From contig OZ024740.1 in the NCBI GenBank assembly GCA_964016885.1, forward strand, positions 58,342,001 through 58,406,000: a stretch of 64,000 nucleotides of DNA, given 5' to 3'. The stretch comes from Eledone cirrhosa. Taxonomy: Eukaryota. The notes beneath the pieces were generated by a model, which saw only the letters and a program-made list of their open reading frames with translations, did not search any database and was not told the origin of the DNA. Shown piece after piece: positions 28,590 to 42,097 of this stretch (positions are counted from its first letter, which is position 1; every line of letters starts with the position of its first letter). A program made the position numbers and the translations under genes.

Positions 28590-29272
28590 ACCACTGTTTG
28601 GAAAGTATTAGATAAGTTATTCAAATACTCAGGGAAGTCTGTGCAGTGCATTCTACACATGAGTGGAGTTCCACTGAAGCAGGTGTTGACGTTCAACTAT
28701 CTTTGGGTCATGTTCATGAGTGATAGAAGGCAGGAGGCTGAATTAAGTGCAAGTATAGCAGGAGATGGTGCATTTGGTAACCAGAAGAAGAGAGGTCGGT
28801 GTAAAAGCCAAATTTGCTAACTTGAATTCGGTATTTGTGCCAACCCTTACCTATGGCGATGCAATTTGGGTAATGACTGAAAGAATATGATCGTGAATAC
28901 AAGCAAGCAAAATGGGGTTCCTCTGACGCATCTTTGGAGTAATGTTACTCAATAGAGCATGTATCTTGGAGATCAGAGAATTGCTCATGTAGAGCTGCTA
29001 CTTCTCTGAATTGAGAGATCACAGCTCCAATACTATGGGCATGTGGTTAGAATGTCCCTGGACAGATTTTATGGGCAAGATCAACTGGTAGTAGACCTAT
29101 GGGTAGACCCCTAGCAAGATGGTTATATAGCAAACGTTAGCTTGGTTGGTCTCACTTGGGGATCCTGTTAGATTAATTGGGGATGATTGTTTCTGACAAG
29201 ACCCACTAGGAGGCATTCTTGAGGAGTCAACTCCAAAGAGTCTCCCAGGAATAAGTGGGTGAAGAAGAAGAG
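28590..29272 (+). mobile_element. Decayed RTE LINE 3' fragment
   Basis: FNYL, PTLTYG, SQLQYYGHVVRM and RPMGRP remnants, with a GAAGAAGAAG end. Confidence 0.65.
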
Positions 29273-29382
29273 ATCTGTTATGTCTTAGGTTTTACTTGTA
29301 AAATTCTTACATATAACATATGTATCTAAAAATCATAGTAGTTTAAATCATAGCTAAAATATACATACATGTGCATGCATAG

Positions 29383-29553
<171 letters not shown>

Positions 29554-30208
29554 TTCATAAGTATATATCCAACATCATGGACAGGTTAATTTCAACACAT
29601 CTGTCCATGTGGCACTTGTTTTCTACTCCTTTATGTAATTTAGCCTCCTGATAATAGCTGTTACTATTTCTATCCACATTTCTTTCAATCATCTTTGTCT
29701 GCATGCCTCTTTTACCTGAATCAACTGTCATTATTCATACCCTAAAATTTTATTTTATTTCGTTTTTAACATTATTCTTTAATAACATCAAATTTTCATG
29801 TACCCTTCACTGGCTTGACCTCTTTTCATCCCCAAAGTCTTCTTTTTATTCAAAGTATTTTTTTCATTCAAAACATAAGTCTGCACTCCTCTACCCCTAA
29901 ATTAAATTTCTACTACCACTATTCTATCAACTTGACCTCTAACTACTTTTCTATTGGTCAATTCAAAACCTGTTCCCAAACAGACCTTTTATATTAAATC
30001 TTTGTTGGTTTTTTTTTCAATAAAAAAATCTCATCATTTCTGAAGACAGCATGTATATGTGAAAGTATGTATATTTCCTCTGATAATTTGTAATATTTTT
30101 ACATAGATCTATATGATATACATACCAACACACTAGAAACGATCATAAAATGATAAACTTTTTAATATAAGGAACTTGTTCTTTGTTTTTATTTCATTGT
30201 TTTTATTA

Positions 30209-30269
<61 letters not shown>

Positions 30270-30397
30270 AAGTTATATTTAAAATTGTTGGGTTACAACT
30301 AGTAAATATTTATAACTGATATAAAAGCACTCGACAAATACTTGGAGTATATTTACAATATTAAATAAATGGAAAACTATATTTATAAAACCATATT

Positions 30398-30463
30398 TAT
30401 TTCATTATATATATTTCGGGGATATCATATTAACAATATGCTATGCCTTCATCAGACAAAATA
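30398..30463 (-). ncRNA. Type I hammerhead ribozyme (family H1)
   Basis: Reverse complement of 33942-34007. Confidence 0.75.
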
Positions 30464-31929
30464 CAATATAAACAGTTTTATAGATAAATATATTCGACAT
30501 ACCGTAATAAACATCAACTTCATTTGAAGAGGTTTACGCTAGCAGTGAAAATACAGAGAGAAAGAAAGAGAGAAAGAAAAGAGGGAAAAAAAAAGAAGGA
30601 AAGAAAGACAAAACGAAGAAAAGGAAGAAAAAGAAGAAAAAGAAAAAGAAGAAATGCATGGGACAAAATAGAGAGATGGAAAAATAGATAAAGCGAAGAG
30701 CTTCATGTAAAGAGACAGAAAGAGATATATATATATATAGAGAGAGAGGAAATAGAGATAGATACATACATATATATAGAAAATTAGATAGTGGGAGGTC
30801 ATTTTGAGTAAGTGTATCAATGATACATTTATTTATTTATCTATTTATTTATTTATTTAGCTCAAGTATTAATGTAAGGGAGATATATAGAGAGATACAG
30901 AGAGATATATATAGAGAAAAAAAAATTTTAAAATAGCCAGACATATTCGAGGCGTAGAAAACCCTATGTTTTAATGTATTAGTATTTATAAAAAACTTAC
31001 ACTATATTGTAAATATCAGTATTCCTGAATGAAACAAGTATTCACAATGTGTGAAAATTCATTATCTTATGTTTAGTTTTAAAAATTCACATGTTTATGT
31101 GACAGCTACAAACATCAATGTGAATCCAACTGATTCACTCCGCAAACTCTAAGTTACCGGAAAACATTCTCAATGTGGTATAAAAATTTGAGCGTATTAT
31201 TATTCTTGCGATTACTCTACAAGATTATCTATCAAGCAGAAATAGAGAGCAGATTTCAATATACTAATCGAAAATATATATTATATTATAAACAAAGATA
31301 ACAATAATAATAATAATAATAAGTAAAAAATATATAAAAATATAGAATAGAAAACTAAAAAAATATTACGAAAGAATATTACATAATAAAAATATTGCAT
31401 ATTAAAAATACTACGTATTAAAAAATATTACGTATTAAAAATTTACATATAAAAATATTAAAAATAAAATAAAAAATAAAAATATTATAGAATACTACAA
31501 TACTAAAAGAATAAAAATAAAAAATAAAAATAAAAATAAATATAAAAATGAAAAATAAAAATAAACCACAAAGAACAACCCTTCAAAGTTAATTGACAAT
31601 ATATTGCCAAGTTCACTACAAGACAAAGCCAAAAATTATCTATCAAATCACATCTAGCAAAGAATATCGCAAAAAGATTATGATGTCCAATAATGTCTAC
31701 ATATGTTCCTATATTTAATATAGAAGTTTATCTAGTGTAAGGTTAATTCAAAAAATTTGGAGCATCGGCTTTTAGGGTAGCTTAATTTTTCATGAGGAAT
31801 GTTCAGATAAAAATAAAAATAAATAAAATAAAATAAACAATAAAAAGAGTAAAAAGAGGGAATCAAAGATTTAGGAATCAAAAGATTTATCGGCTAGTTC
31901 CCATATAAATATAAATCAAACTAAACATA

Positions 31930-32433
31930 TTACATTTTAAATTTAAATTTATATTTAAACGTTGAGTTTAATCTATGTTTGCAACAACTGAATAAATTTG
32001 TCCGTAGGTTAAGGGAATTTTTAGATTTTAGTATAAAGAATATCTCCTCTGCGCAGAGGTCACATGTCTCAGAGGATGAATTAAAAGGAATCCCTCTTGA
32101 GACTATATTCCAAGCCGTCGAATATCTAACGTTATCTAGCTTAAGTTGCCAGAGTACCCCTGATAGTGCCGTTGAAGATTTTTTATTTGGATCTGTGAAA
32201 GAATTCTTGTGGTTATTATAGCGAAGTTTAAATTCCGTCGATGTGGAACCGACGTAGTTAAAAGAATTAGAGTCAGTATTAACATTACAATTGTATACTA
32301 TATTTTTAACTAAGCAGTTGTTATTTAACGGACATTTAGATCTATCTCTACAGTTACATTTGTTAACTTGTATATTATTTATGCTATTATCATAAATATT
32401 ATTATTTATGCTATTATAGTAGGTTTTAAGTTC
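31930..32433 (-). CDS. GIY-YIG endonuclease domain of a Penelope-like element (no start codon; absent from the ORF track)
   Basis: Manual translation: KCNCRDRSKCPLNNNCLVKNIVYNC...YVGSTSTEFKLRYNNHKNSF...TALSGVLWQLK...TCDLCAEE...NLRTNLFSCCKHR...*; collinear with the C-terminus of ORF 53323-54747. Confidence 0.9.
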   Translation of the reverse strand, partial: ELKTYYNSINNNIYDNSINNIQVNKCNCRDRSKCPLNNNCLVKNIVYNCNVNTDSNSFNYVGSTSTEFKLRYNNHKNSFTDPNKKSSTALSGVLWQLKLDNVRYSTAWNIVSRGIPFNSSSETCDLCAEEIFFILKSKNSLNLRTNLFSCCKHRLNSTFKYKFKFKM

Positions 32434-33941
32434 CTATTATTTATTCTATTAATAGAATTTCTATTTAGTTTGATTTATATTTATATGGGAACTAGCCGAT
32501 AAATCTTTTGATTCCTAAATCTTTGATTCCCTCTTTTTACTCTTTTTATTGTTTATTTTATTTTATTTATTTTTATTTTTATCTAAACATTCCTCATGAA
32601 AAATTAAGCTACCCTAAAAGCCGATGCTCCAAATTTTTTGAATTAACCTTACACTAGATAAACTTCTATATTAAATATAGGAACATATGTAGACATTATT
32701 GGACATCATAATCTTTTTGCGATATTCTTTGCTAGATGTGATTTGATAGATAATTTTTGGCTTTGTCTTGTAGTGAACTTGGCAATATATTGTCAATTAA
32801 CTTTGAAGGGTTGTTCTTTGTGGTTTATTTTTATTTTTCATTTTTATATTTATTTTTATTTTTATTTTTTATTTTTATTCTTTTAGTATTGTAGTATTCT
32901 ATAATATTTTTATTTTTTATTTTATTTTTAATATTTTTATATGTAAATTTTTAATACGTAATATATTTTAATACGTAGTATTTTTAATATGCAATATTTT
33001 TATTATGTAATATTCTTTCGTAATATTTTTTTAGTTTTCTATTCTATATTTTTATATATTTTTTACTTATTATTATTATTATTGTTATCTTTGTTTATAA
33101 TATAATATATATTTTCGATTAGTATATTGAAATCTGCTCTCTATTTCTGCTTGATAGATAATCTTGTAGAGTAATCGCAAGAATAATAATACGCTCAAAT
33201 TTTTATACCACATTGAGAATGTTTTCCGGTAACTTAGAGTTTGCGGAGTGAATCAGTTGGATTCACATTGATGTTTGTAGCTGTCACATAAACATGTGAA
33301 TTTTTAAAACTAAACATAAGATAATGAATTTTCACACATTGTGAATACTTGTTTCATTCAGGAATACTGATATTTACAATATAGTGTAAGTTTTTTTATA
33401 AATACTAATACATTAAAACATAGGGTTTTCTACGCCTCGAATATGTCTGGCTATTTAAAAAATTTTTTTTTTTTTTTTTTTTTCTCTCTCTATATCTCTC
33501 TGTATCTCTCTATATATCTCCCTTACATTAATACTTGAGCTAAATAAATAAATAAATAGATAAATAAATAAATAAATGTATCATTGATACACTTACTCAA
33601 AATGACCTCCCACTACCTAATTTTCTATATATATGTATGTATCTATCTCTATTTCCTCTCTCTATATATATATATATATCTCTTTCTGTCTCTTTACATG
33701 AAGCTCTTCGCTTTATCTATTTTTCCATCTCTCTATTTTGTCCCATGCATTTCTTCTTTTTCTTTTTCTTCTTTTTCTTCCTTTTCTTCGTTTTGTCTTT
33801 CTTTCCTTCTTTTTTTTTTCCCTCTTTTCTTTCTCTCTTTCTTTCTCTCTGTATTTTCACTGCTAGCGTAAACCTCTTCAAATGAAGTTGATGTTTATTA
33901 CGGTATGTCGAATATATTTATCTATAAAACTGTTTATATTG

Positions 33942-34007
33942 TATTTTGTCTGATGAAGGCATAGCATATTGTTAATATGATATCCCCGAAATATATATAA
34001 TGAAATA
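33942..34007 (+). ncRNA. Type I hammerhead ribozyme (family H1)
   Basis: TATTTTGT-CTGATGA-imperfect stem II (CATATT/AATATG core)-GAA-ATATATAT-A-ATGAAATA; 8-bp stem I with two G-U pairs; palindromic stem III. Confidence 0.75.
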
Positions 34008-34045
34008 AATATGGTTTTATAAATATAGTTTTCCATTTATTTAAT

Positions 34046-34076
<31 letters not shown>

Positions 34077-34407
34077 GTTCATACCATCACAGACTTCTCT
34101 CTTGCACACTATGGTAATTAATTCTCATATACAGTTTATCTCTCAACATAGTATTAGGAAAGGTATCCAGCCATAATAAAACCTACCAAACAAAGGTTTA
34201 GAAGGACTCTTCAGTGTTGTTGACAACATCCATAGTACTGGTGCCTTGATACAATGCATCCAGTGCACTCTGCAGAGTGTGAGAATGTATGTAAGTGATA
34301 AGAGAGCTCCTGGATCATTTGAGAGGTCTGTAGCTCCGAGTAAGTACTGCTTTGGTTTGTTTCGGTTTGGGTAACTTTTGTATGCAAGGAAAATAGATAT
34401 TAGATGA

Positions 34408-34598
34408 TAATTGTTTCTACTTTTGGCACAAGGCCAGCAATTATCAAGTGTATTACTGGTACTTTATTTTGTCGACTCCGTAAGGATGAAAGGCAAAGTT
34501 AACCTCGGCGGGATTTGAACTCAGATTGGAAAGGGCCGTAATTCTATGCATCAAAGCATGGTGTCCAACCCTCTACCAATACTACCAATCCACCGCCC
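34408..34598 (-). mobile_element. Meta/MESC-type SINE
   Basis: Reverse complement of the 13016-13205 family. Confidence 0.8.
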
Positions 34599-36789
34599 TT
34601 ATGTTAGATGATAATGATTGCAGTTGTACTGTCATTTATGCATGCTGACATTACATAATGGTATGTGCTTATCTCATGTTTTTTAGATTTCACATACATC
34701 CACATCTGTGCAGTATTCTGTACAAGTATGAATCCTAATAAAACTAGTCAGTTTCATCCTCATTTCAAGCTTCTGAAAGCATTATGGTCTAACAACTTGC
34801 CCTTAAAAAGACTGCAAACAAATAAATTCGTTTCGGAGAATCAACTATATTTAATTGGAACAAAATTGTTCCCACTCTTCCCTTGATACCCTAAGCATGT
34901 GCTTATTTTGCTTAATCATTAATCCAGCCTTGAGTATGAGTCAATTTGGATCAAATATTTTGAATAAAGACTTGACTATTTCGATGAAACCCAGAAGAAA
35001 TTGAATGTGACTAATAAAACATACATTTTTGTTGATATCCTAAGAATACAAACCTAGTAAACACTAAACATTTTCTATGGAAAGTAAATAACAATAAACC
35101 TTTGGTGAAAAAAGTTGAAAGAATATACTAATTGTGAATGTTGTAAGCAATTGGAATATAATCAACCAATTACTGAAATGCTGTTGTAGATGCTAGCTGC
35201 AATTGCTGTAGATGCTAGTTGCAATTGTTCTAGATACTAGCTATGATTGTTGAAAATGCTAGCTATGATTGCACACCTCAAACACTGAAGACTCCTCTAC
35301 AAACAGTAACATGTTTGTAAATGATACTCAACCATTTCTCACAAATGTAAGCATCAACACTGTTGCATATGGCTTCTGATAAGATATTTCTATGACCTTG
35401 GTTTTCGAGAATGTGAGCATGATAGAAAATTTAAATATAACCTCTACTGAGTCTATTTGATTTATGTATAAATTTGGCAACTAATTTCATTTTGACAACT
35501 TAGAAACTTTTAAAAAAGGATATATTTATTACTAAAATAAAATTTTATTTTTGTTTGTTTTATTGTAACTTCAATTGCTACAAATACATTTGTTCTGGCA
35601 CCTACACTGTATATTTATATTTATAAAGCTTTACAATTTGGAGTCAAGCTATATTTTCTTTATAGTTCTTTTAAGCTAAGTTGAAAGTTATTTTAATGCT
35701 TCTAGAAATATTTCTCTTAATAAATTTCCATGTATCAGAACTATTCATACACATTTCATGAAAGGGAAGGTTGCAATTCTTTTTCTCTCTCTCTTTTTTT
35801 TTTTTTTTGCACCATGCTTAGAACATGAATAGCACACTACATCACACATTGACCTTGCATTAATGGAAGAGAAAACCCTTTCTCTCCATATAGTTCAGCC
35901 CTGGAGGAAAGCTACTGCAGTAGAGTACTGTCAAGACATTTGATTTCCCACGTGATTTAACGATAAGGCTGGAAGCTTTAAGGGATTAGTCCCACAAAGC
36001 ATGAGGAAAAGAAAGTGCAAAAGCAAAACAAATGAATGAGGAAGAAACTTTAATTCAAACAAAAATAGAGACAAGATTTTCATCCCTAGATGAGAGTAAC
36101 ATTTTACATTACTACTGTATTGTCTCCTCTTCATCTTGCATGAAGTGAAATGTATTTAAGCCAGGTTAATATTTAGAAACAAACTATCAAATTAATGTGT
36201 TTAACCATATTTTACTTATGACCCAGGCTTCATCAAATTATATAGTTACTCTTTGAAATTTTGTCAAAAAAACAAACAAACCAATAAAATGTCTAAAATT
36301 TGTTATTTCAATCCAGTATATTTTCTGTTTGTTGGGACTGTAGATATTAACTTAAAACATGTGGTGAAGAAAGTAACAAAGACTCATGAGATTCTAGTCT
36401 ACCTTTGGATTGAGCAGCTAAAGCAATTAGGATATACCACTGCACTGAGATGGTTGACTTGTTTGGGTGCAGCAAATGCCTGGCAGAATATAAAAGAAGT
36501 AGCAATATATTCCATTTGGTTCTGTGGAGGGTGTGTTATACGAAGGGATTCTGTCACTTGATTGCTGTAGTCTCTCAAGAAGGATCTCAAGTTAATATAT
36601 ATTTCCCTGTTATCTAAAAAAAAAAGTTGAGTTCCTTAAACCATCTGAATATCATAAATGAAGGAAATGCTAAATTGAAATGCAATCAATCAGAACACAT
36701 TTTTGAAAATGAGTTAATGCATTCTGGTATTTTGAAGACTGTTTGGAGCAATGAAGTACAACATCCAGGACTTGCACCCTATCATCTTG

Positions 36790-37225
36790 GGAGCTTTACA
36801 ACAAGCACAGCTGGTGCTACATCTATTATAGCTAGCATTTACAAGCACAGCTGGTTTCACTGGCATAGCTGGCTTTATAAGTCCAGCTGGTCTTTACAAC
36901 ATGTGTAGCTCACATCTACAAGTGCAACTGGCTTTTACAAGTGTAGCTTGCATCTACAAGTTCAGCTGGCTTTACAACAAGTGCAGCCAGGGTCGGATCT
37001 ACAACGACTATAACTAACATCTACAGCAATCATAGCTCGCATCTACAAGCACACCTCACTTTATAATAATTGTACCTAGCATCTACAACAATTATAACTA
37101 GCATCTACAAGCACAGCTGGCTTTACAATAGTTGTAGCTAGTAACTACAACAAGCATAGCTGGTTTTGCAAATGCAGTTGGCTTTACAAGTACAATTTGT
37201 GACTATGACAAGTACAACTTGCTTC
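36790..37225. repeat. Degenerate ~20-bp tandem array
   Basis: Recurrent (TT/TC)TACAA...CAGCTGGC/TAGC units; a related inverse array lies at 35180-35270. Confidence 0.7.
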
Positions 37226-37703
37226 TATGGAAAGTAACAACTAATGTCGATGAGAAGAGCATCTTATAACATTTCTGTTGTGGAAACTTTGGACATATGT
37301 GCTGTGAGCATGTGAGCCATGATATTTTGCAAAGCTAAGAATTTGATGAAAAAGCAGAACTCAACTACTGATCAGTGTGATTGAACAAATATATGATATT
37401 GACTCTGATGCAGCTGGTATCAAAAATAATTCAGAAAGATGAAATATTTAAAGTGCCAGTGAATGATACAAATTGTTACTTCTGGTTAAGATACTTCATA
37501 GAATACCTTATGATAGTCAACAAGGACAGACACACTTCAAAAGACACAAACACACATACACACATATATACAGACGTATATATATCTACACATATGTATA
37601 TGTACACGCACATAAACATACAAACAAACCCTGTCCTATGTGCACATATATATATATATATGCATATATATATATATATATATGCACACATATATATATA
37701 TAT

Positions 37704-40682
37704 AATGGAGGAGTTATGGTAAGGAACCAGATGGACCATAACGCACCAGAGTACTCAATACTTAGGGTAGTAGAGTGGATAATAGGAGAAAGTATGACAC
37801 CGACGGCAGAGCTCAAGCCATTTCGACGGCTATTTCTGGACTAAAGTAAGAGTTTTTTTAGTCTGGTAAATAAATAGCCGAACTTTTCAAGGGTACTTCC
37901 TTATATGGAAAGATTGTAGTTGTCGAGGGGATTGGTCAAAATTTGTAGCGGTCACCTTCAAGTCTATCATGGCAGTGGTTGCGCGGTGGTGATGGCTGAA
38001 CTTGCCTGTAGAACGATAGGGGAGTGGGTAGAGCCGGTCAAGTGTAGAAGGTGAAATCTTCACGGCAAATTCTAAGGAATGTGTATGAAAGTAGGCCAGA
38101 GGAGGTTGGCGAAAAAAGGTTTCTTTAGAAAGTGGAGGAGGGACGTTGTAGAAAAGTAAATCAAATGAGATTAGGGGACAAAGAAAAAATATAATAAAAA
38201 AGAATATAATAAAAAATAAGAGAAAGATATATCAGAATGTAAGATTGGAAAGTGAGAAGTGAAATAAGGAGTCTAACACAGCTGCTATATTTCGGCCAAA
38301 GCCACAGAATGAGTTGCTAGGTGAGAATAATTGAACAATTTAGAATTAAAAATTAATACCACATATCTGGGGTCTAACACAGCTGCTATGAATAGTTAGT
38401 ATAGCGTAATCAGCGAAAGCTATCTGTAAGTTACTGGGGTGGTGGAAAGAAGTGATAGGGGGAGACAAAGGGAAGAAGAAAACATGGAGGAAAAGAAAAG
38501 AAGTACATCTACCTATATCAGTAGGGGTTTACCCTATCTTATTCGGCAAGTGGGGTGTTTCAGCCGTAGTCTACCCACCCGGATCGTTAGGGGGTTTGAG
38601 GGTGAGGTAAGTCTTCCACAATCTGTGTTTGCATGCAGTTACCAGTTCGTCTTTTTTGTTTAGGAGTTGATCCTTCGTAAACAGTATTTGTAATGTTTCC
38701 TCCGAGCATAAGTTACACGGATGACGTCCTCTGGTGTAAGAGTTAGATCTGGACAGTAAGCTCCAAGTAAGATGGTAAGTTATATTATTATCTTGGAGGT
38801 CCCAGATATGGCCCGAAAGTGTGGTGGCATGTTGCTGGACCGGGTTCCGGAACGTATGTCGGTGTTGGTAAAGTCACAAGCGGTTAATCCTATATAAGCT
38901 TTGTTGGAGGTGTCCATCCTCACGTTACACTGGTAGATCACGTTACGTTCTCGGCATCTGTTGTTGAGGGGGCATGTAGATCCATCAGGGGAGTTACACC
39001 TCCTGGTTGGCTCTCCACTAATTTCTAGGTTGTTTCTTCCAGAGGGGTTGTGTTTTTTGTTGTTTTAGGAGACGATGTTTTGTGCGAAGTTGGGTGTGGT
39101 GCTGTAGGATAGCTTGATAGTGTTTTTGTTGATTATGTTGTGGTAGCGGTGTTGTGGTGGAAATTGGTTTTCAAGGAGCCTAAAGAAGATTTTCCCGATA
39201 GGTGTTGTCACCTCGGCATTGTGGGGAGGATTGAACCATGTTACATGGCGTGAGCGGTGGCGTCGCCTGCTGGTTCCACTAAGGAAAGCTGGATAAAAGG
39301 ATATTTCCTCCCAGAAGCCACTCCGCTTGAGGGCCTGGTTGTAATGAGGCGCATGTTCATCGAATATCTGATCATTAGCGGACAAACGGGATATGCGGAG
39401 GGAGATGTTTTTAACCAGATTATTGGTGATGTTTCTAGGATGGTTAGAACGGCGGTGGATGTAGTGCAGGTTGTCGTTTGGTTTCCTGTATGGGTAGTAC
39501 AGGTCATTTTCGAGGTTGAGGGTAACGTCCAGGAAATTTACTCAGGTTAGGGACGTTTGTAGGGTGCTTTTAAATCCCCAGTCCCGGAAAAAGTTGATAA
39601 GTTGTTTACGGACCCGGTCTGTACTACTGGGGTTGTACCCTTTGAGGGTAAGGAGCCTATCGTCTTGGTACAATCCACCGCCAGATGCGGGAAACATTTC
39701 AGTGAGTTTAAATAGTAGGAAAAATCCTCGGAGGAAACATTACAAATGCTGTTTACGAAGGATCAACTCCTAAACAAAAAAGACGAACTGGTAACTGCAT
39801 GCAAACACAGATTGCGGAAGACTTACCTCACCCTCAAACCCCTATTGATATAGGTAGATGTACCTCTTTTCTTTTCCTCCATGTTTTCTTCTTCCCTTTG
39901 TCTCCCCCTATCACTTCTTTCCACCACTGAACTTCATCCTCGTTCATTTCTTTGTTTTTTTTTTCACCCTTTCGCCTACCTCGAGGCAGCCCATCGAGTC
40001 TCTTTAGCCTCAGTACCCCCCACCCCCCACCCAGTAACTTACAGATAGCATTCGCTGATTAAGCTATACTAACTATTCATAGCAGCTGTGTTAGACCCCA
40101 GATATGTGGTATTAATTTTTAATTCTAAATTGTTCAATTATTCTCACCTAGCAACTCATTCTGTGGCTTTGGCCGAAATATAGCAGCTGTGTTAGACTCC
40201 TTATTTCACTTCTCACTTTCCAATCTTACATTCTGATATATCTTTCTCTCATATTTTATTATATTCTTTTTTATTATATTTTTTCTTTGTCCCCTAATCT
40301 CATTTGATTTACTTTTCTACAACGTCCCTCCTCCACTTTCTAAAGAAACCTTTTTTCGCCAACCTCCTCTGGCCTACTTTCATACACATTCCTTAGAATT
40401 TGCCGTGTAGATTTCACCTTCTGCGCTTGACCGGCTCTACCCACTCCCTTATCATTCTACAGGCAAGTTCAGCCATCCCCACCCCGCACCCACAGCGATG
40501 ATAGACTTTTCGGTGTCCGCTACAAATTTTGACCAATCTCCTCGACAACTACAATCTTTCCATATAAGGAAGTACCCTTGAAAAGTTCGGCTATTTATTT
40601 ACCAGACTAAAAAAACTCTTACTTTAGTCCAGAAATAGCCGTCGAAACGGCTTGAGCTCTGCCGTCGGGGTCATACTTTCTC
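37704..40682 (-). mobile_element. Penelope-like element 2, 5'-truncated and frameshifted, with a ~0.9-kb inverted duplication
   Basis: Minus strand encodes GGLYQDD (RT), WFNPPH, KLSYS, CNS..CPLNNRC, VIYQC..YIG, CNLCSEE; arms 37786-38706 and 39727-40682; TA-rich flanks. Confidence 0.9.
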
Positions 40683-41237
40683 ATATATATATATATATAC
40701 ATATACACATGATGGCTGCCCCCTCGTTATCGAGTATGGCCATTGCATGATATACCATTATTAATAATTATTAATTAATTCTATCATGCAATGCCTGTGT
40801 GTGAAGATATTTTTAAAGTGAGGAAAGACTGTGCACTGAGCGACAGTAGCTATAACCCGAAAAGAAGAAAAGATCAACATCACCAGTAATTATTGAGCTG
40901 CAGGTTTTATATCGGAGTTATCCCAGTTTCCTGAGTTGCCTTCTCCTAGAATGCCCTGACAAAGGCTAGGGGTCCTTCACTCCCAGTGGTTTAACTGCGC
41001 GATCGGGTGTCCAGCCCGACTTCTTTTATATCCCCGCGCATATACATACACATGCACCCATGCATATGTATATACATATTTACACACTTTTGGATAGCTG
41101 TTGATTCTTATGAGCTCTTCCGCCCCTTTGTCAGGTTTTGTTTTTTGTCCTGCAGGGTGTCTAAAATCATATTTGGACACATACATACACATACATATAT
41201 ATATACATACACACACACACATATATATATATATATT

Positions 41238-41475
41238 TATGCTTTGGGAGGGTCATGTTGCCAATAAGAAACACACGTACCAGTTGCTTTCACTTCAATT
41301 TATTATAAATTAAATTTATAAATTTCCTGTTGGTTGGGTGGTTCCACAACCAGACGATTGTTCATATATTGTCAAAGTTCTTTCGTCACACATTCTGTGA
41401 CCTCTTCAAAGCATAACAATATCGGTTTCAACACACGTTTTCAGATGAAGAATCTTGCTAAACAAATTCAGAAAC
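41238..41475. repeat. Rearranged pLTR-like fragments including a 5'-truncated hammerhead (H3) at ~41371-41408 on the minus strand
   Basis: Matches 5300-5440 and 47395-47645; minus strand reads TGAAGAG-GTCACA-GAATG-TGTGAC-GAA-AGAACT-T-TGAC. Confidence 0.7.
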
Positions 41476-41514
41476 GACATATATATATACATATACATAT
41501 ACACACACATATAT

Positions 41515-41551
<37 letters not shown>

Positions 41552-41619
41552 AATGAAGTAATTCCGTCGGAAAGGTACAGGAATAAAGAGTGCTGCTCTA
41601 TGTAGGCTACAGAGCTTAT

Positions 41620-41716
41620 TAGTTATGTAATAAACAACATAAGATAATTATTTAATTTACCAGTGGTTTCTTGTGGTAAATGAAATAATTATCTTATGTT
41701 GTTTATTACATAACTA
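41620..41716. repeat. Hairpin with ~43-bp arms
   Basis: TAGTTATGTAATAAACAACATAAGATAATTATTT... and ...AAATAATTATCTTATGTTGTTTATTACATAACTA, with one mismatch. Confidence 0.9.
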
Positions 41717-41732
41717 TATATATATATATATA

Positions 41733-42074
41733 TCATCATTTCATCATTTCATTTTACGTCCGCTTTTCCCTGCTTGCAAGGGTGGGATGGGAACTGATTC
41801 TAGCTTGATTTCTACAGCTGGATGCCCTTCCTAACACCAACTTCTTTACAGTGAGTGCTGGGTGATTTTTTTGCTGTGGCGCCTCCACGACCACTTTGCA
41901 GTGGAATGATAGGGAACCCAGTCCCTATCATCTCATTTCTGCAGCTGAGTTAACTGGAGCAATGTGAAATAAAGTGTCTTGCTCAAGGAAATAACACATC
42001 ACCCGGTCTGCGAATTGAACTCACAACCTTTCTATTGCAAGGCCAATGCTCTAACCACGAAGCCATGTGCCTCC
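41733..42074 (-). mobile_element. tRNA-derived SINE with RTE-family-A 3' tail
   Basis: Reverse complement of 50245-50576. Confidence 0.88.
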
Positions 42075-42097
42075 ACATATATATACTTTGATACTTT

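Larger units (their letters stand above)
30267..34051 (-). mobile_element. Penelope-like element 1, 5'-truncated, with a ~1.6-kb inverted duplication of its 3' UTR/pLTR
   Basis: Arms 30354-31925 and 32464-34051 are near-perfect reverse complements around a GIY-YIG-coding spacer; (TA)n tracts on both sides. Confidence 0.92.

Noticed and set aside
31979-32221. 80-aa plus-strand ORF
   Set aside because: Antisense shadow of the minus-strand GIY-YIG frame.
34880-37500. Decayed DNA transposase around the 36790-37225 array
   Set aside because: Only vague motif hints (e.g. a Cys/His cluster near 37280); no coherent reading frame.
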